NCBI GenBank assembly: GCA_038237345.1
Contig: JBBRYU010000001.1
Span: 375 to 64,374, forward strand
Source: Pyrinomonadales bacterium
Lineage (GTDB): Bacteria; Acidobacteriota; Blastocatellia; Pyrinomonadales; Pyrinomonadaceae
Length of the DNA stretch: 64,000 nt
Direction of reading: 5' to 3'
How positions within the stretch are numbered: position 1 is the first letter of the stretch; each line of letters opens with the position of its first letter. Under the pieces are notes generated by a model, which ran no database searches, was not told where the DNA came from, and was given only the letters and a program-made list of their open reading frames with translations. Below are positions 1 through 9,400 of the stretch, in pieces. A program made the translations under genes and the position numbers.

Positions 1-129
1 GATCGTGGGCCGCCGCGCGTACAGCAGATGATTCAACAAGGGCGCGCCCCAATGTTTCGTCTGGGCGGAGAAAACGCGTTTGACGTAACCGTCAGTTTCT
101 TCCGGCTCCACGCCTGCAATCCGCGCCAT
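1..129 (-). CDS. carboxymuconolactone decarboxylase (AhpD-like) family protein, N-terminal fragment; the gene runs off the window start
   Basis: ATG at 129-127 on the minus strand. Reads MARIAGVEPEETDGYVKRVFSAQTKHWGAPLLNHLLYARRPTI, which resembles typical CMD-family N-termini. The frame is open to the window edge. It is missing from the ORF track because it is truncated. Confidence 0.5.
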   Translation of the reverse strand, partial: MARIAGVEPEETDGYVKRVFSAQTKHWGAPLLNHLLYARRPTI

Positions 130-140
130 CTCTTGCGCCC

Positions 141-386
141 TCAGACGCGCGCCGCGTCGTCCGCTTCGACTACGCCCGCGCACGCCGGCCTGCATTGCGC
201 GGCGACGCCATCGACCGCGGCGCGCGGGCGTAACACCAACTCGCCACCGCAGTTCGGGCACGCCGCGCTCAGCGCCGCCGCACACTCAGGGCAGAACGTG
301 CATTCGTAAATGCAGATGTTTGCCGCCGCATCGCGCGCTAACGCGCGCCCGCATTTTTCACAACTATCTTTCATCAGCAACGCCAT
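141..386 (-). CDS. DUF1272-like Cys-rich zinc-ribbon protein
   Basis: ORF 141-446. The motif CEKCG...ICIYECTFCPECA...CPNCGGELVLRP matches the DUF1272 pattern. The internal Met (MALLMKDSCEKCG) at 386 is the more likely start. Confidence 0.65.
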   Translation of the reverse strand: MALLMKDSCEKCGRALARDAAANICIYECTFCPECAAALSAACPNCGGELVLRPRAAVDGVAAQCRPACAGVVEADDAARV

Positions 387-554
387 CGCCAGCAGCCTCC
401 ACAACACACATTGACACCAAACACGCCTAACAGTCAGGCGACGCAAACTGCTGACATCCTAGCGCAACTATACATATTGACAAGCACCATTTTCACCCGC
501 GCCGATGAGGCCACTATGCTGCTAGTTTGAAGCTGGCAGGATGAATGACGAGCA

Positions 555-2480
555 TCAGTTTAGAATGAACTCAATCTCTTCACGCAGCCGACCCGGTTGC
601 TGGCTGCGCTTGATCTCGATGGCGCGCACGCGCGCCGCCACATCGAGCAGACTGGCAACGTTACCGGAGAAGAACTCCTGTGACGAATCGGGCGGCGCGG
701 TCTCCCCTTGCGCGCCCTTGCGCTCCTGCCAGTAAGCTTTGATACGCTGCGCGTCGAGCCGCGCGAAGACCTGATCGAACGATTGCTTGCGCTGGTCGAG
801 CCGGATAACGGCTAGCTCATCAAGCGCGGACGTTGCAGCCGCCGCGCGCGTGTCGCCGCCGGGGCGCGTTTGCGTTTGCGCGTTGAGCATCGCTTGCACC
901 AGTGCCGTGTTGTTCGCAACGATCAACTCGTGCCCGCTGAGCGCATAACAGAGTTGCCGTCCAAGCATCGGCAGCGTGAGCGTGCGTATGTGTTGACTGC
1001 CGTCCGTCCATTGCAGAGCAGCGGTTACGCCCGCGATGGTCAGCCGGCTCTGCGCGAGGTTCGCCAGCGCACGCTCGAACGCGGCGCGCTCAAGACTGTC
1101 AGGCGCGGCGAGCGTTAGCGCGGCGGCGCGGCGAAACTCGACGAAGAGCGGCCCCGCATTCGTCTGCGGATTCGCGGCCGTCGCGGCATAGAGCGGACGC
1201 GCGGGCGCGAGCGCGCGTTGCAAGTCAGCGACAAAGCGGCTCTCCGTCGCGGCGCGCAATTCGCCATCGTAGCGCGTGTCGTTCGCGCGCAGACGCGCGT
1301 CCACTGGATCGTCAATCAAACGGTCGTAACCCTGATCGAGATAATCATAGCCGTTGCCATAACCCGCTTCGTCTTCGCCCTCGGCCGCGAAGTTCGAGTC
1401 GTCGTAAGACCGCCAACTCCAATTCGCTCCGTCGCCGCCACCATCATCTTCCGGCGCGCGGTCGAGCAGCGTGTCGCGCAATAGCGCACCCGCTCCGTCA
1501 CGCGCGAGCGCACGCACTTTGTAGTAAGGCGCGTCGGCCGGCATCAGCGCGGCAAGGCGTTGGGCGTCTGCGGCGGGCAGCGACGTGGCCGGTCGTGTCG
1601 TCTGCCCGCTCAACAGAAAACGCCGATGCTCGATCCACTTGCCCGCTTGTATTTCGAGATCGAACAACCCGGCGCGCAGCGTCTGCAACTCCGCTATGTT
1701 GCGCTGCACCCAGTAGCTTTTGAAATACCAATCGCGGTTGAGCGCGGTCTGATCGACCCAGACGGTGGCCAGATGCGGCGCGAGTTCGCGGCTGAGCGTT
1801 TGAAAAGCAGGGTCGTCGGCGAGCCGATCCTTTTGCGCGCGGCCGTTGATGTTGGCGAGTGTGCGCAGCAACAGACGCTCGTCCGTCGCCAGCACGAAAC
1901 GCCCGCGCGCCCAGGCGAACGCCAGCGTCTGTCGCTCGCGCCCCAGATCAACCTCCGCCTCGCGCCGGTAATAACTCGTACCGTCCGGCAACTCCGTCTC
2001 CTCGAAGCCATCCTTGTGCGTGAAGAACGCAGCCGCCAACGACTGTTCTTCACTAACCGGCGCGATGAGGACGAGATCGAGCCGGCCGATGTCGTAGATG
2101 GCGATGGCCGCTTTGTGCTGCGTCGCGGCGGCGAGCGTGCCCGCGTCGAGCGTGAAACCGAGCGCGTCGTTGTACTCCGTCCAGCGTTCGACGAGTTTGA
2201 GCGCGAGATGGCGGCGCGCGAACTGTTGAAAGCTCGTGCTGCTCAGGAGTTGCTGCTTGAATGTGGACTCGTCCCAGAGTTTGACGAGCGCGGGCAAGTC
2301 CGCGCACTGCGCATAGACGAGCGCGCCGCGCGGCAGATCGGCCGCGAGCGCATAGGGGCCGCGCGCCTCCCGCGTCGCACGCGCATAGACAAGCAAACTC
2401 ACGCACACGACGAGCGCGAGCGCAGCGCTAACGATAATAAGCTTTCGGTATTTTCTCCGACGAGTCTGTTTGTTATTCAT
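555..2480 (-). CDS. hypothetical membrane-anchored protein (641 aa), last gene of the 15.5-kb operon
   Basis: ORF 555-2627. The start is taken at MNNKQTRRRKYRKLIIVSAALALVVCVSLLVYA (ATG 2480), which gives a basic N-terminus followed by one TM helix. I recognise no domain. Confidence 0.7.
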   Translation of the reverse strand: MNNKQTRRRKYRKLIIVSAALALVVCVSLLVYARATREARGPYALAADLPRGALVYAQCADLPALVKLWDESTFKQQLLSSTSFQQFARRHLALKLVERWTEYNDALGFTLDAGTLAAATQHKAAIAIYDIGRLDLVLIAPVSEEQSLAAAFFTHKDGFEETELPDGTSYYRREAEVDLGRERQTLAFAWARGRFVLATDERLLLRTLANINGRAQKDRLADDPAFQTLSRELAPHLATVWVDQTALNRDWYFKSYWVQRNIAELQTLRAGLFDLEIQAGKWIEHRRFLLSGQTTRPATSLPAADAQRLAALMPADAPYYKVRALARDGAGALLRDTLLDRAPEDDGGGDGANWSWRSYDDSNFAAEGEDEAGYGNGYDYLDQGYDRLIDDPVDARLRANDTRYDGELRAATESRFVADLQRALAPARPLYAATAANPQTNAGPLFVEFRRAAALTLAAPDSLERAAFERALANLAQSRLTIAGVTAALQWTDGSQHIRTLTLPMLGRQLCYALSGHELIVANNTALVQAMLNAQTQTRPGGDTRAAAATSALDELAVIRLDQRKQSFDQVFARLDAQRIKAYWQERKGAQGETAPPDSSQEFFSGNVASLLDVAARVRAIEIKRSQQPGRLREEIEFILN

Positions 2481-2503
2481 GATGTCGCCTTGCCCGCCGG
2501 ACT

Positions 2504-3454
2504 CTATCTTTCGTCCGCGCCGAAGCGTTGTTGCGCTGCCTGCCAGACCAAATACTGCACACGCATGTTGAGCAGTTTCATGCGCGCCGCCGGCCGCGTG
2601 CGCCAGTGCCCGGCGAGCGCGTGCCATGCGCCGTCGGTTTCGAGCCAGTAAGTGTGGAGCGGCGCGTCGCCGTTGTACTTGATCACTTCAGCAGTCGTTT
2701 CGAGTTGCAGGCGTGGCCCGCTACTGGCTGCGGTGGCGGGCACGACTGTGTAGCGTGTGGTCATACGCTCTTTAACCGCGCTCCAATCCGCGCCGCGATA
2801 GCCCGCGACCGGTTTAATCTCTTCTTCCGTAAACTCCGCCACCTGTTCGAGCACACCGTTAATTAATTTCAGCACGCGCGCTTTGCGCACGTATGTGGTC
2901 GTATCGCCCGTGCTTTCATGCAACACCAACTCGTGCGTGCCGGGTTTGATCAGTTCCGGCAACTCAAGCCAGTTGCGATACGGATAATCCTCAGAGCGCA
3001 GCCACGCCGAGAGCGCGGCGCGCAACTGCCAGCCGCATTCATCGCGTTGCAGGATGAGCGCAACCGGCTGCTCGAAACGCGCGAAGGTGAGCAACGCTTC
3101 CAACTGGCCGTCGCCGTCCAGCTCGGCATAACGCACGCGCGCCTCTGCCGCGCGCTCCGGGTATTCACGGTCGCGCTCGTAGTCGTAATAGACGTGCGCC
3201 ACGCCGGGACGCAGATAAAGCCGCCGCAATGTTTCGCGCCGCACGCCTACGTCCTCGCTCTTGAGCGCGACGAGAATCGCCTCCGGGCTGGCGAAATATG
3301 CTTCCGCCAGACAGCGCGCTGACGTGGTTGGGCCGGGCACGAGTCTGGGCGCGAACGTAAACAGGCCCGCGATAAAAGCGTAGAGGCAGACCGCGAGCAG
3401 ACTGCTGCCGAATCCGAACCCGAACGCGATCATGCGTGAGCGCCAACGCCACAT
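2504..3454 (-). CDS. hypothetical membrane-anchored protein (316 aa)
   Basis: ORF with an N-terminal hydrophobic helix (IAFGFGFGSSLLAVCLYAFIAGLF). It begins 19 nt downstream of the TPR giant and ends 23 nt upstream of the next gene. Confidence 0.7.
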   Translation of the reverse strand: MWRWRSRMIAFGFGFGSSLLAVCLYAFIAGLFTFAPRLVPGPTTSARCLAEAYFASPEAILVALKSEDVGVRRETLRRLYLRPGVAHVYYDYERDREYPERAAEARVRYAELDGDGQLEALLTFARFEQPVALILQRDECGWQLRAALSAWLRSEDYPYRNWLELPELIKPGTHELVLHESTGDTTTYVRKARVLKLINGVLEQVAEFTEEEIKPVAGYRGADWSAVKERMTTRYTVVPATAASSGPRLQLETTAEVIKYNGDAPLHTYWLETDGAWHALAGHWRTRPAARMKLLNMRVQYLVWQAAQQRFGADER

Positions 3455-3473
3455 AACGAGACCTCCCTTTCAT

Positions 3474-6400
3474 TCAAAGCCGCGCGACGAAACGCGCGTC
3501 CACCGTCAGCGCGTGCTTGTACGTCCTAGCTTCCTGCGTCGTCTGTAAACGTGCGATGCGCGCCGCGCTCGCGCGTCGCTCCACATCGCTTGCGAGCAAT
3601 GCGAACCGCGCACGCTCAAACGCGGCTGCGCGCTCCCACTCGCCCACCGCTTCGGCCGCCGCCGACAGCGCGCCAAGCAACTCAAGCCGCGCCGCCACCG
3701 CACGCACCTGCGCACGCGCCGCCAAAGTCTGGAAAGGGCTGTTGCTTGTTGCGGCAACCTCTTGCGCGCTCAGCCGCTCATTATCTTGCGCGTCCGCAGC
3801 GACAGTTTGCGCATCATCACTGCTCGCCTCGTCCGCTCGCGTCTTGCTGGCGGACTGTAATCCAGCATCAAGCTCGGCCAAACGTAATGCTGCGCGCGGC
3901 CGCTGCATAGCGATGTACACGCGCATCAACGCTCGCGCCGCTTCACCTTCGGGCAGACCGAACGCGGGCCACGGATCAATACTCTGACCGGCCGCGAGCG
4001 CGGCGGTTAAACTTACCCGCGCGGCCTCGGCTTGGCTGTCTTGCTGTTCGAGCAAGGCACTGAATGCATATAAGTAAGAGTTCGGATTGATTGTCGTGAG
4101 CTTACTGACAACTGTGCGGGCCTCCGCGCTGCGCCCCGCGCCGACGAGCGCCAACGCCTCAAGCGCCGTCGTCATCTCGCTATCTTTAGTTTGTGCCGCC
4201 ACGCCCGCGCGCAATGTTGACCATGCATCGAGTTTGTCGCCGACTATCTCCGGCGCAAGCCACACTGCCTGCCAGCGTGCGCGGCGCGTCGTCGTGCGAT
4301 CCGCGATGATCGCGGCGAGACCTGCGAGCGCATCATCCTGTTGCCCGTGCGCGGCGAGCAGGCGCACCAACTCGATGCGGTTGACTTCATCCGCAGGCGC
4401 AAGCTCGCGCAAGCGTTGGCGATAATTAATCGCATCGTCGTAGAGACCAGCCGTGGCCGCTGTGTCTGCGGCCAGCACGAGCGCAGTGTTGAGGTTGATG
4501 TTGTAAGCGGCGGCGGGCAACTCGATACCCGTCTCCCCGACCGCGTAAGGCTTGAGCCAGGCGGCGGCGGCGAGCGTCGCTTCTGCGGCAGGCCGTGACT
4601 CCTCCTGCCCTAGCTCAATCATCAGCCGCAACAGCATACGACCGCGCGCCTCATCCTGCGCGTTGAAGGCGAACCGCGCGAGCGCGGCGAAGCGCGGCGC
4701 GTCGTATTGCGCCAACGCGAGCGCACGTGTATAGGCGGCGGCGAGCAACTCTGTCGCCTCGTCGCCGTGCCCTTCCGCGCGCAACAGCGCCACCGCCTCG
4801 TTCAAGCGGGCCGTATCCGGCGGCTTGACGGCCGTGAGTTGCGCGCTGGTCTCAACGCCGACCAGATGCTTGAGCGCGGCGACCGCCTGCGCGCTATGAC
4901 CGGCGCGCAAGTCCACCCGCGCAGCCGCGAGCCGCAGCCACAGCGGGCGCGCATAACGGCCCTTCAATTCCTGTTCGATGCGATTGAGCAACGCACGCGC
5001 TTGCGCCGGCTCGCCTGTGTCGCACAGATAGGTCAGATAGCGACTCGCCCACGTGAGGCGTGCGCTCGTCGGCTCGGAGATTTTGAAATCGTTTTCGTGA
5101 TCAAGCGTCTCTTCAGCTTCGCCGGCGTGCCAATGCTTTTGCAACTGCTCGTTGTAATCATAGTCGCGCTCGTAACTGCTCAAGCCCGCGCTGCGCGCAA
5201 GCAACAACTCGTAAAACGCGCCCTGTGCGCGGCGGGCGACGAGCGCCTCGGTCACGATCAACTCCGGCAACGCGACGCTCGCCGGCACGGCCGCGCACAA
5301 CGCGCGGAAGAACGCTACCTGCGCTTCATTTGCCTCCGGCAGATGCGCGTGCGCCGCAGCTACGATTTCATCCGGCTCAACGCGTGCCGCAGCCGGAGGG
5401 TCGTCCGGCACGCCCGTCGGCCGCGCGTTGAATGAACCACTCAAGGCGCGCAGTAGCGGCTTGTAGTCCGCGAATTGTGCGCGCTCGTCGCCGGTATAAG
5501 TGTTGTGCTCGTCTTCGTTCGCACCTTTGAGTCGCGCGGCTAAGATGGGGAATAACTGCGTGCGCGCTTCCGCCGCCAGTCCGTGCGCGGCGAGCGTGCG
5601 CAGGTAAAGCGCGCAAGCTTCATGCGTAGGCGCGTCGCCCGCGATGAGTTGTCGCCATTCGGCACGGGCGCGCTCGCGTTCGCCGTGCTGGAAGTAAGCT
5701 GCGCCGATGTCTGCGCGCAGTTGCTGATCATCCGGTTGTGCTGCGAGCGCGAGTTGCAGATGTTCGAGCGCGCGGGCCGGGTCGCGTTGCGCGAGATACC
5801 AACGACCAAGTCGCGCCTGCTCGGCAGCATCGTGCGGCCGATTCTCGATCAGCGCGGGCAGCAGCGCGCGGCTCTTGCGGCGTTGTTCAGACTCGTCTGC
5901 CTGATAAAGCCATTGCCCGTAACGCGCGGCGAGTTGGAACCAGTCGTCGCCGACGAGTTGCCGTCCCGTGTCGGGGTGTTGCGTGATCAGTTCGCCGATG
6001 GGTTTGAATTGCAACGCCGTGACGAAATAGTTTTCTCTATCGGCTGTGGTCTCGCCGAGCGCGAGGCTCGCTTCGGCGTTGCGCGCGAGTTGCCATGCGC
6101 GCGGCATGGGCGCGTGCGCAATCGCGTCGTGCGCCAACGCGCCTTCATTGGCCGTCAACAGGAAATTGATCAACCGCACTTGATGCGCTGACGGACGCTC
6201 CGCACGCTGTTGCAACTCCGCGCGGCCTTCAGGGCCTGACTCCAACAGCGCGGCGAAGTAGCGCGTGATGAGCGCGTCGTCCTGCGCGACCGGCGGCGCG
6301 GTCAGCGCACCTGTCTGTTCGTAGTAGGCGCGCAACGCCGACAACTCGCGTCCGCCGTCACCCAAGAGGCGCGCATACTCGGCGCTGAGTTGCGCATAGT

Positions 6401-9400
6401 TGAAGCTGTTGCGCGCGACATCGCGCCCCTGCTCTGTATCTAACAATTCGACGATGCGGGGAAACTCCCCCGCCGCGTTGTAGAAATCTACGAGCGCGTG
6501 CAGTCGCGCGTGATACTGTGCGGCGTCGCCGGCCGCAAAGGCCGCGTCCTTCTGCGCGCGCAAAATCTTCTCTTCGAGCGCACCGAGACCTGCCCGGCGA
6601 CTCAAATTCTGCAACAGCGCGCGTGTGCCGTGCGGATCGTGTGCGCCTTTGAGCGCGTCGTCCGCGCGCGTCTGCCAATCGCGGAAGAGCGCGATCAACT
6701 CATCACCCGTCGCGCGCTCGGCCGCCAACGCGCCCACCGCTTCGGGCAATGCACTGTCAAGCACTTGCAACCGCTCGCGCGCTTTGCTCGCCTGTTTTTC
6801 GTCGCCCCCATCCGCATCAGTCAGCAAACGCTCGCGCAGTTGCCACAGCCGCGCCGCGATTTGATCGAGCGCTTCCTCTGCGCGCAAGGTCTGCACATAG
6901 CCCGCGATATCTGCGGCGCGCAGGTCGCTCTTGTAGGGCGCGGCACTCAGCGCGGCGAACGCCTGCCGGTAAGCGGCGACGGCTTGCGCCTGTTCATCGC
7001 CGTGCAGGCGCGCGGCGGCGGCAAACTGATCGTGCGCGGACTGCGCCGCGGGCGTGGGCTGCGGTTCGGGCGGCAACTTCTGCCGCGCCACTTCGGCTTC
7101 GCGCTTGCGCCCCAACTGCGTGAGCAGCGCGACGGTCTTCCGGATGTATTGTGGATCGTCGTTCGATAGCTCGGCCGCTTGCGCGAGCGCGCCGAGCGCG
7201 CCGTCATAATCCTTGCCGCGTTTGGACACATCTGCGAGCGCCGCATAGAGGTCGAGCATTTCAGGCTGATTGGCGAGCGCGGCGCGATAGTTGGCGGCGG
7301 CGGAGTTGAAGTCGCCATTCGCTTCGTAGATGCGCGCCAGCACGACGTTCCAGCGATAGTTTTTGTAAGCCTGCTGCGCCGTCTGTTTGTAATAAGCGAC
7401 GAGCGCATCGCCGCCGCCATAGCGTTTGACGTAGACCAGCGCGGCAGCGAGCGTCTGTTCGTCGTCCGGGTCGCGGTTGATGATCTCTATGTGCTGCGCG
7501 ACCGCCGCGCGATAATCTTTCAGCCGCGTGAACGCATCGAGCATCTGCGTGCGCAGTTCGGCCACTTGCGCCCGCGTCGTCTTGAGGTCGCCGTCCTGCG
7601 CTTTGATCGCCGCCAGCGTCTCGCTGAAGACCTGCGCGAGCGCCGCGCGCTGTCCGGTGCGTACGTAGAGCCGCGCCAGTTCGTGAAAGACATCCGTATT
7701 CAGCTTGTCCTCTGCATGCAACGCGCGCAGCACACGCTCGGCCGCGCCCGTATGATTCAACTCCAACTCGCGCGCAGCCAGCCGGCGCGCGAAGAGGTAG
7801 TGGAAGCGACCGCGACCGCGCGTCACACCAGCGCGCAGCACGTCGAGCGCCGCCGCGCGCCGCCCCAGCCGCCAGTAGAAATTCGCGGCCTCGCTTAGCA
7901 CACCATAATTCGTCGGATACCGGCCGCGCAGTTCATCCAACACAGACATGGCCGCGCTCGTCGCGCCCGTGCCCGCGTAACTCTCCGCCAGTTGCAAACG
8001 ATAAGAGATGCGCGAATGCGGCCCTTGCGCGCTCTCGGTCAGACGTTTGAGCGCGGCACGCTCGCCGTCCTTATCCTCAACTTCAGAGAAGATCGCACGT
8101 GCGCGTGCAAGAAATTGCTGCTCGTGTCGGGCCGTGATCTCTTGCCGCAACAGGGCCGACGCTTCCGTCCGCTGCCCCGCCGCTTGCAATAACGCGGTGT
8201 AGCCAAGCACGAGTGGCGCATCAGCGCGCACGTTACGCCGCGCCTGCGCCCACGCCTGTCGCAACTGCGCGGGGATACCCGGTCGCTGATAGAGCGTGAG
8301 CAGTCGCCGCTTCGCGCGCTCGTAATCATCCGCGTTCTCAGCGAGCGCGTATGCGTACTCGCCGAGCGCGGCCGGCAGTTGGTGTTGCGCTTCGAGGATC
8401 GCGCCGGCCTGGAAAGCGTAGCGCGTCTGATCATTCATCTCTGCGCGCAACTGTTTAATGATGCGCAGGGCGTCCGCATATTGGAAGTAGTCCCAATAGA
8501 CGGTCGCCGTCGCGAGATACGTCTCCGGCTCGCCACGCCCTAAGGTGATGAGTTGTTCCCACTCGCCGCGGGCGCGGTCGTAATTGCCCAACTCGGCCTG
8601 CAACTCACCGGCGCGCGTGCGATAGTCGGCGGCGGCGGGCGCGGCGTCCGCGAGCGCGTGGCTCGTGGCCGCGGCCTCTTCTAAGAAACGCCGATTGTGC
8701 TGTCCCAGCGAGCGTGTGAAAGCGATGAGTCGTTCAGCATATTCGGGCGTGTTCGGGTAGAGACGATTCAATTCGCGGTAGGCATCAATCGCGTCCTCAT
8801 AGTCCGAGAGCCACGCGGCGGCATCGGCGCGAAAAAGCTTATAAGGCAACACGGCCAACGCGCCCGGATCATTTTCCGCCTGCGTGCGACAACGCGCGCG
8901 CGCCTGTGCGAGATAAGCGCGCAACTCATTTTGCTTGGCGAGGTAAGCGAGAAACTGCTCGCGCGTCTCGCGCGAAACGAAAAAGTATTCGGCCAGCAAC
9001 GCGCGCCACTCACCCCAACGCTCATGCGCGCTGTAGAACTGCAACAGCCCTGCGACGAAGCTCATGTTGTGCGGGAAACGTTCGTGCGCGCGACTGTAGA
9101 GACCGAGATAAAGCCCCGCCTCGAAGCTCGCGGCATCGGCGTATGCGCGCGCGGCAACGAACTGCTCGAGATAGGCGGCCGCCTCTTCGTCATTCATCTG
9201 CGCCAACAACTCGCGCGAGAACTGCGCAAACTCCTGCTTCCGCTCGCGGCGCAGATACCAACGCGCCATGCGGTCGCGCCACACGTTGTTGGGAAATTGT
9301 TTCAACGCGGCTTGATAGACGCGCAACTGTTCGTCGGCCAGCTTCGTCTGCCCGAGCCATTGCAGCATCTGTTCGTATAGCCCCGGCTCGGCCGGATACT

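Noticed and set aside
1560-2651. Long opposite-strand or off-frame ORFs, for example 1560-2651(+), 16640-17461(-), 26624-27739(-), 28220-29005(-), 29216-30181(-), 30269-31201(-), 31727-32479(-), 37020-37691(-), 54910-55548(-) and 62085-62846(-).
   Set aside because: They lie entirely within better-supported genes. Their products are Arg/Ala/Gly-rich low-complexity sequences typical of shadow frames in high-GC DNA, and they carry no recognisable motifs.
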